Below, piece after piece: positions 44,816 through 54,574 of a stretch of 64,000 bases of DNA (the first letter of the stretch is position 1; each line of letters begins with the position of its first letter). Under the pieces are notes generated by a model. The model was given only the letters and a program-made list of their open reading frames with translations, ran no database searches and had not been told where the DNA came from. The DNA is taken from the IMG/VR virus record IMGVR_UViG_3300042868_005134, positions 62,001-126,000 of that record. One strand, written 5' to 3'. Position numbers and translations under genes: made by a program.

Positions 44816-45643
44816 TTACAATCTAATTGTTATCTTGTCAATGTTTCCGACATTATTAGTTGTTCGAACATATTTGACACGTAACCAATTGGCATCTCTA
44901 TTATATTCCGGATTATCGTATGTTTTTGTAATAGCTGTTGTAGCAGTGGTCACTGCGAATGTTTCTAACGTAGTCCACAAAGTATTTGAACTTACTACGG
45001 CGTCCTCAGTATACTCTACTGTGATTGAACCAGCCAACCCGTCGAATATAAAATCAAGTTCTACGCTGTCGTTGACTGCTGCATCTAGGTAGTTTGGCTG
45101 ACGAATTTCCACAGCATCACTATAATAAGTAATTATTTTTGGTTGTGGATCTGTAACTGTGATAGGAGCAAATCTAGTAATGTAACGTGGCTCAGTATCA
45201 GTGCCCATAGCACTTCCAACTAATTCCATATTGCCTTTAACGCCAAATTGTGTATCCGCATAAAACACAGTTTTAGACGTATCTGAGTTGATTTTATAAA
45301 TTGTAAAATTTAAAAATTGCGGATCTAAATTGACTAGATCAGTTTCTTGAATATTAACTGTTGCCAGGCCTTTGGTAGCACTAGGGGTGACAGTGGCTAC
45401 TAGAAATTCTTTTCCCATGACATCTTGAATACTCATTCTAATAGATTCACCTACACCTAATAGCTCGTCGAGATCTATCCGTTTTTGATCCGAATTTTTT
45501 ACATCCAAGGTAAGTACGTTGTCAACGCCTTGATAAAGTTTTATACGATTTTGATACACAATGTTCCACCTTACAGGAAATAGAGTCACATCCGCGACGA
45601 TGTTTATTCGGTTTGGATATAAATAACTTGAAATTTTTTGCAT
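44816..45643 (-). CDS. Hypothetical (probably virion) protein
   Basis: YQGVDN...KNSDQK; beta-rich. Confidence 0.7.
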   Translation of the reverse strand: MQKISSYLYPNRINIVADVTLFPVRWNIVYQNRIKLYQGVDNVLTLDVKNSDQKRIDLDELLGVGESIRMSIQDVMGKEFLVATVTPSATKGLATVNIQETDLVNLDPQFLNFTIYKINSDTSKTVFYADTQFGVKGNMELVGSAMGTDTEPRYITRFAPITVTDPQPKIITYYSDAVEIRQPNYLDAAVNDSVELDFIFDGLAGSITVEYTEDAVVSSNTLWTTLETFAVTTATTAITKTYDNPEYNRDANWLRVKYVRTTNNVGNIDKITIRL

Positions 45644-45671
45644 TTGGCTAAAAGTCCTTACTACTATTTAT

Positions 45672-46052
45672 ATGGTTAAACTTAGAGATAACATAGAGAA
45701 TCAATTACCCTTTATCAGCGTATTAAATTACGGTGAGCTGGAATATGTGGGAATCATCATCAATCAAGATCAGTTTGTTACGAGTTTTTACGACCTAGAG
45801 TCTATTAAAACTCCTGATGAAAAGACTCTATTATTGGAACTTGGAGAAGTTTGGTGGTGGGAATCAAATCGTCAAATTCCTATAACTATATTTCTTCGTA
45901 AAGAAATTGAACCTTTTAAATATAGCATAAAAACATTCAACAGCAAGGATGTGAGAGTAGTACTCGGGCCAGTGGTCAATCTAATGAATTTAACACTCAA
46001 ACGAATAAAACGAAGGAGTGTTCAATTAGTTAGAAAACCACCAAGTCGTTAA
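45672..46052 (+). CDS. Conserved phage hypothetical protein
   Basis: EYVGIIINQD, LGEVWWWESNRQIPI. Confidence 0.8.
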   Translation: MVKLRDNIENQLPFISVLNYGELEYVGIIINQDQFVTSFYDLESIKTPDEKTLLLELGEVWWWESNRQIPITIFLRKEIEPFKYSIKTFNSKDVRVVLGPVVNLMNLTLKRIKRRSVQLVRKPPSR

Positions 46053-46627
46053 CTATATCCATAACTAATCTGTTCACATATTAAATTCATCTGTACCGCT
46101 ATTGCCATTGCATACGCAATGGCATGCGCCTTCTTAAAATAGTACTCACCATCCTCGGGCTTTGTCCAAATAGTCATCATCACTGTCGTCCAATCTGTCC
46201 CAATCAAGTGTCTCTTGGCGGGTCTTATCATAGCCAAAACTGCCGCTAGTTGGAGTATGCTCGTCGGCTTCATCTGTCGTAGTATTGCCCCGTGGCCGTT
46301 GACGTGAAAAAGTAAACTGCTGAAATCGTCCTGCTCTAAAAGGTCCCATAGTGGTTCAGTCTCCATAAGTTGGGTGAGATGTGCCTCATCTCTGATACCC
46401 TTATAAATGTTAACATTCAAAAAGTCTATTTTAAAGTAGCCTCGTTCTTCTGCCTCTTTGTAATCTATGCCTGATAAGTTATTTACAGGATCGCAAGGAA
46501 TTGTCTGTAAGTAGATGCCAGTATTATGTGTTACTAGTTTAGATTCGTCTCGTCGACTTGCTTTGATGTGTTTTATAACATCAAGGGCCTGGCTGCGGTC
46601 TAAAAAATCAATGTCTATATCTGGCAT
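46049..46627 (-). CDS. Miniature DNA polymerase III alpha (DnaE)-like protein
   Basis: PDIDIDF, GYFKIDFL, LAMIRP, YYFKKAHAIAYA. Confidence 0.88.
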   Translation of the reverse strand: MPDIDIDFLDRSQALDVIKHIKASRRDESKLVTHNTGIYLQTIPCDPVNNLSGIDYKEAEERGYFKIDFLNVNIYKGIRDEAHLTQLMETEPLWDLLEQDDFSSLLFHVNGHGAILRQMKPTSILQLAAVLAMIRPAKRHLIGTDWTTVMMTIWTKPEDGEYYFKKAHAIAYAMAIAVQMNLICEQISYGYS

Positions 46628-46645
46628 TAGTGTTTTGTCTCTGAT

Positions 46646-47344
46646 TCATAAGTTAGACTCTTTAACTACTTCTTTAACAAGTTCAAGATCTGCTCGTTGT
46701 TTTTTAAATTTCTTAACCCATACAGTAGGATCTATAACATTACTTATCGAAGCCAACTGCTCGTCACTAAGTGATGTTAGTAAGTGTTTTCCAGTAGTAC
46801 AATTCAATATTAACCACGGGCTAACTTTACCATCTCGTATATCATATGTTGCTCTATTTACGCTAACATATTTAAAATAGTGACTCCATATACTGTTGTT
46901 GTCGTTGGCCCACGACTGCATATGAGTTACACTTCTGTTTAATGCTGTTTCTACTTGTTCTGTATGAATTAACTCTAATACATATTTTTCGTATAATGCG
47001 TCTCTACACCAATGATCTAGTTTGACACCACTACGTACTACCCAATCAATATAATGGTCGGGGTACAAGGGATTTACGTTACTGACATAACTGCCAAATT
47101 TTACAAATGCATTGTAATATGGGCTTCGAGAAAATTCGTTGTATGTTTTTATAGTTTTGGCGTTTTGTGTTAACTGATAAAATCTAACATACGTTTGATA
47201 GCCTATAACAACATGTTTTTCATCTTTGGACAAATGCCTGCGTTTCTGCTCGCACATGTGTACAGCCAGTGTTTTTTCCTGAGTGTATCCATGCCCACAA
47301 AATTGACAGGTATAAGGTTTATTGTTCACGCCGAAACTTAACAT
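46646..47344 (-). CDS. Conserved hypothetical protein with N-terminal Zn finger
   Basis: CQFC...HMC. Confidence 0.75.
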   Translation of the reverse strand: MLSFGVNNKPYTCQFCGHGYTQEKTLAVHMCEQKRRHLSKDEKHVVIGYQTYVRFYQLTQNAKTIKTYNEFSRSPYYNAFVKFGSYVSNVNPLYPDHYIDWVVRSGVKLDHWCRDALYEKYVLELIHTEQVETALNRSVTHMQSWANDNNSIWSHYFKYVSVNRATYDIRDGKVSPWLILNCTTGKHLLTSLSDEQLASISNVIDPTVWVKKFKKQRADLELVKEVVKESNL

Positions 47345-47820
47345 TAAAATAATTTAGCAATTTCTTCTTTGCTATAACCGAGATCCTCTGCCATAGCTTT
47401 TAACTCTGATAACTCCGATAGTTTTGCCAATAATTCGATTTCGTCATCTTTCATATCAGGATATACTAAATTTAAAAACTTAATACGCTTGTTATCTTTT
47501 TTCTTTTTGAATCCAATCCATTCGTGATAGAATATCTTTTTGCTTTCATGGGCGCACATGCTAAGTAACTGCCACATTAACTTAGGATGATTTTGTAAAT
47601 CATACCAGTATTTGTTAAAGTATTCATTAACAGTAAGAACAAAATGTTCTTGTGTATCTCTAGGTTGACCTTTAACATTACTAATGTATCGATTGAGAAT
47701 AAAGAACTCTTGTTTAAGACTTTTTCTTTGAAGGTCGTCCATTTCGTCCCACATTGTGCGGGCACCCATGTCGGCAGCGGCCATTTTTTCTTTTAGTTCA
47801 ATTTTCTCACTCATCAGCAT
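47344..47820 (-). CDS. Putative clamp-loader small subunit (gp62-like)
   Basis: FILNRYIS...HPKLMWQLL...WI; replication-cluster context. Confidence 0.45.
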   Translation of the reverse strand: MLMSEKIELKEKMAAADMGARTMWDEMDDLQRKSLKQEFFILNRYISNVKGQPRDTQEHFVLTVNEYFNKYWYDLQNHPKLMWQLLSMCAHESKKIFYHEWIGFKKKKDNKRIKFLNLVYPDMKDDEIELLAKLSELSELKAMAEDLGYSKEEIAKLF

Positions 47821-48112
47821 CTTTCGTTAAAGTTCCATTACTGTGTCGCATACGAATAGTTTCCAGTTCTTGGAATTCTCGCTTTTCTTGGATAGTTAAT
47901 TCGTTCCACGTCTTTCTGGGATTAGCACACATAAAACAATCAGGGTTTCCACAATTCATTACATGATGTTTATGGTATCTATGTGGTTGTGCTAGTTTAG
48001 GATTAAACTCAATGACCTTATGTTCTTTAGCTATCTTCATTTGTTTCTTGATAGCGTTATCGTCTTTGAGCAGGCGTTTACTATGTTTGAATTTGTCTTC
48101 TTCTTTACTCAT
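47807..48112 (-). CDS. Hypothetical protein with CGNPDCFMCANPR motif
   Basis: Coupled ORF. Confidence 0.75.
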   Translation of the reverse strand: MSKEEDKFKHSKRLLKDDNAIKKQMKIAKEHKVIEFNPKLAQPHRYHKHHVMNCGNPDCFMCANPRKTWNELTIQEKREFQELETIRMRHSNGTLTKDADE

Positions 48113-48387
48113 AATGGTTTGTCCTTGCTTAATCTATATATCATTATAGCACGATCCAAGGCCTTTTGTAAAGCTGGATTGGATGGAGCCATTCGGCGAA
48201 TTTCACCCCACATTTTACTTTCCATCATATGTTCATGTAACGATCTGCCGTCACCGGTACGAGGGTCTGGCGTATGATCCCAGCCAATTTCTTGTCGGGT
48301 ACTTGAGTCAGCACCGTGTTCTCTAGCATACACAGTGTCCCCGTTGCGTTCGTATATGTATGTGGCGCCAGGCTTAAGAGATCCCAT
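48109..48387 (-). CDS. Hypothetical protein
   Basis: YIYER..TVYARE; NPALQKAL. Confidence 0.75.
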   Translation of the reverse strand: MGSLKPGATYIYERNGDTVYAREHGADSSTRQEIGWDHTPDPRTGDGRSLHEHMMESKMWGEIRRMAPSNPALQKALDRAIMIYRLSKDKPL

Positions 48388-48388
48388 A

Positions 48389-48895
48389 TTATAATATTTT
48401 GCTTAAATCAATTAGTTCCATCTGTCTCGAAATTTCTTTAACAAAATAAGAACATAAGGGTTTAGGTTCTTGTCCAAGCGGTACTGCTAGTAATTGTCCA
48501 TTTTTCATTTTAGGAAAGTACCATTTAACATCATTATAAAAATTTACAATTTCAATTTTTTTAAACTCTACTCTAAAACTACTGAGTGGATTAAAACATA
48601 ATGCTTCGAAGCCGCGGTCGTTTAAACTAGTAAGCGGCAGTATTTCTATATCACAACTGCTTTGCGGATCGCCCACTGCTATGCTCCAATCTAAAGGCAT
48701 AGTAACTTCCTCGTCGCCTATTTTAAGTACCATTGCTGGGCTATTAAAACTTTCTAAGAAAATTAACGGCATGAAGAAAAAATCTGGTTCTTTAGGATCA
48801 CTGTTGTCTAAAACCGCGAACCTCATACTTTCATCTACTTCTTCGGGTAGGTTATTAAGGTCGTATGATAAATTGTCTAATGTAAGTATTTGCAT
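48389..48895 (-). CDS. Conserved hypothetical protein
   Basis: Start MQILTL; DFFFMPLIFLESF, KWYFPK. Confidence 0.75.
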   Translation of the reverse strand: MQILTLDNLSYDLNNLPEEVDESMRFAVLDNSDPKEPDFFFMPLIFLESFNSPAMVLKIGDEEVTMPLDWSIAVGDPQSSCDIEILPLTSLNDRGFEALCFNPLSSFRVEFKKIEIVNFYNDVKWYFPKMKNGQLLAVPLGQEPKPLCSYFVKEISRQMELIDLSKIL

Positions 48896-48933
48896 GTTGT
48901 TATAATACAACATTTAGGTAATGTTGTCAACCT

Positions 48934-50400
48934 TTAATTCCAATCTATTTTGTCTAGAGTAAATGGATACTTGGCTTCTTTGTAGAATTTCTTCCGTGCC
49001 GTAAGATGCCGCTTTGCGTATTTAGACGTCGAGGTAATGTCCCAGATTTGGACAAAGTCCTTGTCGTCTGCTTTTCTAATGCCTCGCCCAATACTTTGTA
49101 TAACGCGGACAAAGCTCTTTCCGGGCTCCAGAAGAACCAAATTAAAAATACGGGGGATATTAATACCCACAGCGGCCACACCGTAAGTCGCCACAATAAT
49201 CTTATTAGTACTAGTTTTAACGTCATCGTATTCTTCTTTTCTATCTTTAGTCTTAACCTCACCAGAAATAAAAACACTGTCAGCTAGCTCGTTAACTATG
49301 AATTTTCCAGTATCGATTCTATTAACAAGCACCAACGTGTTGCCGTTGTCGGCTATACCTTTGATCATTTTACTGATATAAGCCATTCTATCATCATCGG
49401 TAACCAAGTATTTTAATTCTTCTGCGTAGGTTTTAAATTCAGGTAAATCTATCAACTGAGCAATGTTAACGTGACAATTGCTCAGTACACCTTTTTCCTG
49501 TAATTCGTGTGCTTTAATGCCGCCGATTACAGGACCAATACTGGCAAAAATACTTTCGTATTCAAATGCTTCCTTGGGCACTGTACCCGTTAGACCCCAA
49601 CGTACTGGTGCGTTAGCAAGATTTTGTGTAAGCAAATTCTTTAATACTTCAGCTTTTGCCATGTGTACTTCATCAACGATTACGCAAGACACGCCTTCTA
49701 AAAATTCAGCAAGTGACACAATGTCATGTTCTAAGTTTTTACTTTTCTTATCTAGTATGTTAAGACTTTGCCATGTACAAATAGTGTGTGTTTTATTTAG
49801 ATCTTTACGATCACCGTAGTAAACACCCACGTCAAGATCTACGTTAATAAAATCTTCTTCTGTTTGTTCAACAAGACTCTTATTAGGTACAATAGTAATC
49901 GTTCGTCCTAACGGTTCGCATAACTGTGCTAACGTGGCTGTGGTAATTGTTTTACCAGCGCCTGTGGCCACTTCTTGTAAACTTTGCGGATTCTCAAGAA
50001 AGTTATTAATAGTATCTACTTGATAGTCGCGCAACATAATAGGTTGACCTTGTTGCTGATGACCTTTAGGCCAAGTTTTTCCTTGGTCGGCCCAGTAGGA
50101 TTCTGTTACTTTAGAGAACGATAGATTTGTGGGTTGTCTTAAATCTTCTATAGAAGAAACGTCGACTCCTGAGCTATCTAATAGACTTAATATCTTTGGT
50201 AACTGATTGATGTAACCGGTGCCACCGATGCCAAACAATGTTACTTGACCATCCCATCTGCCTAGCTTGTAAGCAGGATGATACTTGGCATAAGGAATAT
50301 CGTACTTGAATGCGTTAGATAGTTTTCTACGCATTTCCACACTGAGACCTTCTATCTTTATGTTAACTTCATCTTTAATTATCAGCTTACACGATGACAT
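48934..50400 (-). CDS. uvsW: SF2 helicase UvsW-like
   Basis: LRDYQ, ATGAGKT, DEVH, GLTGT, QSIGRGIR. Confidence 0.9.
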   Translation of the reverse strand: MSSCKLIIKDEVNIKIEGLSVEMRRKLSNAFKYDIPYAKYHPAYKLGRWDGQVTLFGIGGTGYINQLPKILSLLDSSGVDVSSIEDLRQPTNLSFSKVTESYWADQGKTWPKGHQQQGQPIMLRDYQVDTINNFLENPQSLQEVATGAGKTITTATLAQLCEPLGRTITIVPNKSLVEQTEEDFINVDLDVGVYYGDRKDLNKTHTICTWQSLNILDKKSKNLEHDIVSLAEFLEGVSCVIVDEVHMAKAEVLKNLLTQNLANAPVRWGLTGTVPKEAFEYESIFASIGPVIGGIKAHELQEKGVLSNCHVNIAQLIDLPEFKTYAEELKYLVTDDDRMAYISKMIKGIADNGNTLVLVNRIDTGKFIVNELADSVFISGEVKTKDRKEEYDDVKTSTNKIIVATYGVAAVGINIPRIFNLVLLEPGKSFVRVIQSIGRGIRKADDKDFVQIWDITSTSKYAKRHLTARKKFYKEAKYPFTLDKIDWN

Positions 50401-51562
50401 CAACATTTCCTTGAATGGGCTTCTTATCCCCATAATATATAATTAGATCAACGTCGTTACAGTAAACATAACTTTTACTATTTCTAAAACTTGTTGTAAA
50501 CGATATCACACTTTTAGGCTTCCATTTGTCTTTAATGAAGAATTTAGGTAACTTTCCTGCGGCAATACCAGCCACCTGTGATTGGTTTGAAAGATTTTTA
50601 TTGTACCCCAATTCGGAAATGATTTTGTTAAACCCAGCTGGATCATTGCCTTGATTAAATCTGAAATAAATTCCAATGTGGTCATCGACACCGTTGGTTT
50701 TTAATGCGTCCGAGAGCAAATTTAGTGTTTTTTTGTTCACAGCAGAGTCGTGTCCGTCAAAAATTACTAGCAACGGCAGTCTATTAAGACTTTTTAAACT
50801 GTCAACCACATCTACTAGAGTATGCGATAAACTGTTGATAAAAATATTAGTAGCTGGTCGTTGGGCGATAGCAGTGGTCAATGAAATATTCGGTGTTTTT
50901 TCATAGATTTCGTACTGATATCGGATTTTACGGTCATTAAGTAATAGCACGTTATTGTCAACAAGTGGTCCAATATCACTCTCTAGTAGTTTTTTTAAAT
51001 TTTCATTAGTTGTGTTGCCTATGGCAAAATTGATTTTGGAGGTTGTTAATATGCTATCGATGTCTTCATAAAATTTCATAATTTTCCCGTCAATTTCGAA
51101 ATTTTCTCGAAGAAATTCACCTACTAGTAAATGAATGTTTTTTTCGGTAAGTGCCACTGAAAAATGTCTAGTCCCGTGAGTGGATAATGGTCCTTGTAGT
51201 CGGTTGTTAAGACCGGTGAGTTTGTTACGAAGTCTCTTGTCATAGGTAAACTCGATGATGAGGGCTTCTGAATCTTCGGAATCTATGTAAATTTTACGAA
51301 TTTTTTGAATTACTCTAAAAGGTTCAGACCATAAATTGTTATCAAGCACATTGTGGATGTTGCCAACGATGCCTTCTAGGTGTGTCGTATTTTCTTTGAA
51401 GATTTTAGTCAATAATTTCGATTGACTCTCGGTCAAAAAGGTACTTTGTGTCAGTTGTTGAGATAAACTCAGTAATATTCTCTTGTCTTTTGAAGGAAAT
51501 ACTTTTTCAGTCAAAAAAGCATTGTTAAAAAGGTGTACTAGTAAAGCATCGACAGTCATCAT
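50387..51562 (-). CDS. Hypothetical protein
   Basis: 391-aa ORF with leaderless sigma70 promoter (51596-51568). Confidence 0.8.
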   Translation of the reverse strand: MMTVDALLVHLFNNAFLTEKVFPSKDKRILLSLSQQLTQSTFLTESQSKLLTKIFKENTTHLEGIVGNIHNVLDNNLWSEPFRVIQKIRKIYIDSEDSEALIIEFTYDKRLRNKLTGLNNRLQGPLSTHGTRHFSVALTEKNIHLLVGEFLRENFEIDGKIMKFYEDIDSILTTSKINFAIGNTTNENLKKLLESDIGPLVDNNVLLLNDRKIRYQYEIYEKTPNISLTTAIAQRPATNIFINSLSHTLVDVVDSLKSLNRLPLLVIFDGHDSAVNKKTLNLLSDALKTNGVDDHIGIYFRFNQGNDPAGFNKIISELGYNKNLSNQSQVAGIAAGKLPKFFIKDKWKPKSVISFTTSFRNSKSYVYCNDVDLIIYYGDKKPIQGNVDVIV

Positions 51563-51596
51563 AGTAAATTATAACATACGTTTGTAATAATGTCAA

Positions 51597-52052
51597 TTAT
51601 AGTGTGGCATCTTCCATGCCAGCCACTCGTAATTTTATAATATTGCTAAGTTGCCACTGTTTGATGTCAAGCGCCTTGGTAATGCCCAGCCATTTGTTGC
51701 GTAGCAAGGCAAACTCGTTGATAATTTTTTCATAATCAACAACGTCTGCCTCACCTTCCACAAATTTTTCACAATCCCTTGATGATAAAGCTCGTTGGTA
51801 CGTCTCTAAATACTTTCTGAACATTTGACTTTTCAGTCTACGTAGTTCTATATTCAAATATTCTAATATTGCTTCGATTTCTTGTAGTTGACTAAATCGT
51901 TGTTCCACAATACCCGGCATACTTGCTGAAGCTTTTTCTATGTTGCCCGAAATACGAGCGTCGCCTCTAGCTGCCTGTAATTCGGTTTCATAATATGCCA
52001 CAGCATCTGGAATATTTGAAATATCCTTAGAAACTTTTGAATACCAACTCAT
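51597..52052 (-). CDS. uvsY: Recombination mediator UvsY-like
   Basis: KYLETYQRALSSRD.EKFVEGE...KQWQLSNI.KLR.AG; next to uvsX and uvsW. Confidence 0.8.
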   Translation of the reverse strand: MSWYSKVSKDISNIPDAVAYYETELQAARGDARISGNIEKASASMPGIVEQRFSQLQEIEAILEYLNIELRRLKSQMFRKYLETYQRALSSRDCEKFVEGEADVVDYEKIINEFALLRNKWLGITKALDIKQWQLSNIIKLRVAGMEDATL

Positions 52053-52301
52053 TTAATCCTCGTCTTCATCAAAATCCCAATTATCTTCCTCGTCTACACT
52101 TTCTTCACTATCTTGATCAAGATAATATTCGATTGCTTCGTCAAGATCTGAATCGTGGCCCAGCGAATCTTTTAAAACCTTGTCGCTGATGCCATGATCA
52201 GCAAGCAAATCCACATAGCGTTCAGCTAACGACTCCACTGCTTTTTTGTCAGCATATTCTTTAAATAGAAGCCATATATCGGCAATTTGATTTTCGTTCA
52301 T
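52053..52301 (-). CDS. Acidic hypothetical protein
   Basis: Coupled between uvsX and uvsY. Confidence 0.75.
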   Translation of the reverse strand: MNENQIADIWLLFKEYADKKAVESLAERYVDLLADHGISDKVLKDSLGHDSDLDEAIEYYLDQDSEESVDEEDNWDFDEDED

Positions 52302-53371
52302 TATTCGGTCTCCTGATCTCCGTCACTAGTAGTTATCTCGGAAGGAATAATTTCACCGTGATTAGTAACATCTTTCATGATGACATCTAATCCAGATTTT
52401 TCATTTCGCTCCCATGGCTTACGGAATTGTTTGATAATTTCACCATCTTTGGTAATATAAACAAGACTATTACCTTCTTTCTTTAACATGGTCTTGCCTT
52501 CAAACAAATCAACTAATCCGCTATAAGGACTCATGCCAGTAGTGTATGGAATTTCTACTTGTACAGTTTCAAACGGCTTTGAATACCGTGTTTTCATAAT
52601 TTTACATGCGGCGCGAATACCATTAACTGATGTAGTCTTATTGCCATCAGCATCAGTCTTCAATTTTAATTTACGCATGGCAACAACAATAGAGCTGGCA
52701 TAGATAAAGCCCTGGCCGCCGCTAATCTTGTCATCTGGATCGAACATATCCTGACTTGCGTATGTGTGATTGGTACAAACTAATCCAACATTGTATTGAC
52801 CAATCATATTCACTGTATTACGTACAAGACTGGTAAGTGCTTTAGGTTTACGGCCCATGTCACCTTTCATATCACCTGCTTCGAACTGATTAACATCTGT
52901 AGGAGTCAACAACATGCCCAACGAATCAATAACAAACAGGACCTTAGGTCGGTCTTCCATAGCCTTATACTCTTTCATAAATTCACTAATAGTTTTAGCT
53001 ACGTCGTCAATCATGGCCATGTTAAGTTTCAACAATTTTTTATCGCTAGTATCAACACCTAATGCGTGTAACCACGATTCGTCCAATGCGTTTTCACTGT
53101 CAACTAGAATGACATAGATACCCTGTTCTTGTGCGTTCCTGATAATGTTACCGGAACAAATATAACTTTTGCCGGCACCACTTTCACCGGCAAACACCGT
53201 AACCTTACCCAAAGGAATACCCTTGTTAAAATCACCACTAATTAGATAGTTAAGGGCAAAGTTGCCAGTGCTAATCCAATCTGTTGGGTCGTTAAATCCC
53301 ACGCCCAATCCTTCAATACTCTTTGTTAGAGTTTTTCTAAATTTACTTAAATCAAATGCTTTTGTAGCCAT
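52301..53371 (-). CDS. uvsX: RecA-like recombinase UvsX
   Basis: GESGAGKS, VDSENA, VIDSLG, SGGQG. Confidence 0.93.
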   Translation of the reverse strand: MATKAFDLSKFRKTLTKSIEGLGVGFNDPTDWISTGNFALNYLISGDFNKGIPLGKVTVFAGESGAGKSYICSGNIIRNAQEQGIYVILVDSENALDESWLHALGVDTSDKKLLKLNMAMIDDVAKTISEFMKEYKAMEDRPKVLFVIDSLGMLLTPTDVNQFEAGDMKGDMGRKPKALTSLVRNTVNMIGQYNVGLVCTNHTYASQDMFDPDDKISGGQGFIYASSIVVAMRKLKLKTDADGNKTTSVNGIRAACKIMKTRYSKPFETVQVEIPYTTGMSPYSGLVDLFEGKTMLKKEGNSLVYITKDGEIIKQFRKPWERNEKSGLDVIMKDVTNHGEIIPSEITTSDGDQETE

Positions 53372-53431
53372 TATTCTTCCTTTTATAATTCGGTAGCTTG
53401 TTTTAACCACTACGATCTACTCGTAGGTGGC

Positions 53432-53458
53432 AATGAGGGCACGAGGGCCCTCATTTTT
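53432..53458. terminator. Hairpin/terminator between gp32 and uvsX
   Basis: AATGAGGGC-ACGAGG-GCCCTCATT. Confidence 0.55.
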
Positions 53459-53466
53459 AAAAGCTA

Positions 53467-54438
53467 TTATTGCTTTTGACGATTGCGAATCATCGCAAGA
53501 ATGTCTTCTGCTCTGCCGCCGTTAGCGGAAGGTGCAGCTTCTTGTTTGGGTGCTACTGGAGCTACCTTAGCAACAGTAGTGTCATCTTCCCATGGAGCAT
53601 CTTCAGATTCAGCCACTTTGGTCTTGGCTACTGGATCGCCTGTTGCTTGGCTCATGCCAGCAGGCTTGTAGTATTGGCTCCAGCGATCCATATCAAATGG
53701 TTCGCCTTCAACACTTGCTTCGAACATTTCTTTGATAACCTTAAGTTCGACATCGCCTGGCTTTTTAGGCAGGAAGTCTTTGAGATTATACAGGCCGTGC
53801 TCTTTTAAAGCAGACTGTTCAACATCGCTTAATGGACGTTCACGACGGCTCCACTTGCTAGTAGAGTAGTCAGCATAACCACCTTTGCTAGTCTTGATAA
53901 GTTTGAAGTCAACGCCATGAAGTAGGTCTGTTGGCAGGTTGTCCATTTCTGGATCAAGCAATGCGCCACGAATCAATTGAAAGATTTGTGGGCCGATAAT
54001 GAATCGACGAATTGGGTTCGAAGCTGGATTTTCTTCTTTAAGGCCGTCTTCAACAACAAAACCTTGGAAGATATAGCTACGCTTTTTCCAATACTTATTG
54101 GCCATTTGTTTCAGCGATTCGTCTTTGTACCATGGACGCACTTCTGCTAGAATAGGGCATGTGCCGCCATACATTTCCATACAAGGTACTTGGACTTGGA
54201 CTGGACGACTATCTGTGCTGCCACTAACTCCGGCGAATGGCAATTTAATCATTGCTCGTTCTGCCCAGAAAAATGTGTTGTCAGAGTCACCGTCTGGTAA
54301 GAATCTTACTGTTGCTTCAGATCCTTCTTTGAGATTCCAGAATGGATAAATTGAATTATCACCACCGGAACGTTGATTGTCGGAACCACGTGATTCCTGT
54401 TCTTTGAGCTTTGCTCGGATTTCTGCTAAAGATGCCAT
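53467..54438 (-). CDS. Single-stranded DNA-binding protein (gp32-like)
   Basis: VRFLPD, CPI, YWKKRSY, YADYSTSKW; acidic tail. Confidence 0.88.
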   Translation of the reverse strand: MASLAEIRAKLKEQESRGSDNQRSGGDNSIYPFWNLKEGSEATVRFLPDGDSDNTFFWAERAMIKLPFAGVSGSTDSRPVQVQVPCMEMYGGTCPILAEVRPWYKDESLKQMANKYWKKRSYIFQGFVVEDGLKEENPASNPIRRFIIGPQIFQLIRGALLDPEMDNLPTDLLHGVDFKLIKTSKGGYADYSTSKWSRRERPLSDVEQSALKEHGLYNLKDFLPKKPGDVELKVIKEMFEASVEGEPFDMDRWSQYYKPAGMSQATGDPVAKTKVAESEDAPWEDDTTVAKVAPVAPKQEAAPSANGGRAEDILAMIRNRQKQ

Positions 54439-54574
54439 AATAATCTCCTATTGTTAGCCTTTAATATTTTATGTGCCTATATTGTTTTAGAACCCTCTAA
54501 AACAAAAAACGCATACATGTTATTGTATACGTTTTTATTTATCTTAGCAAGAGAAATCTTGCTTAAAAATGGTT

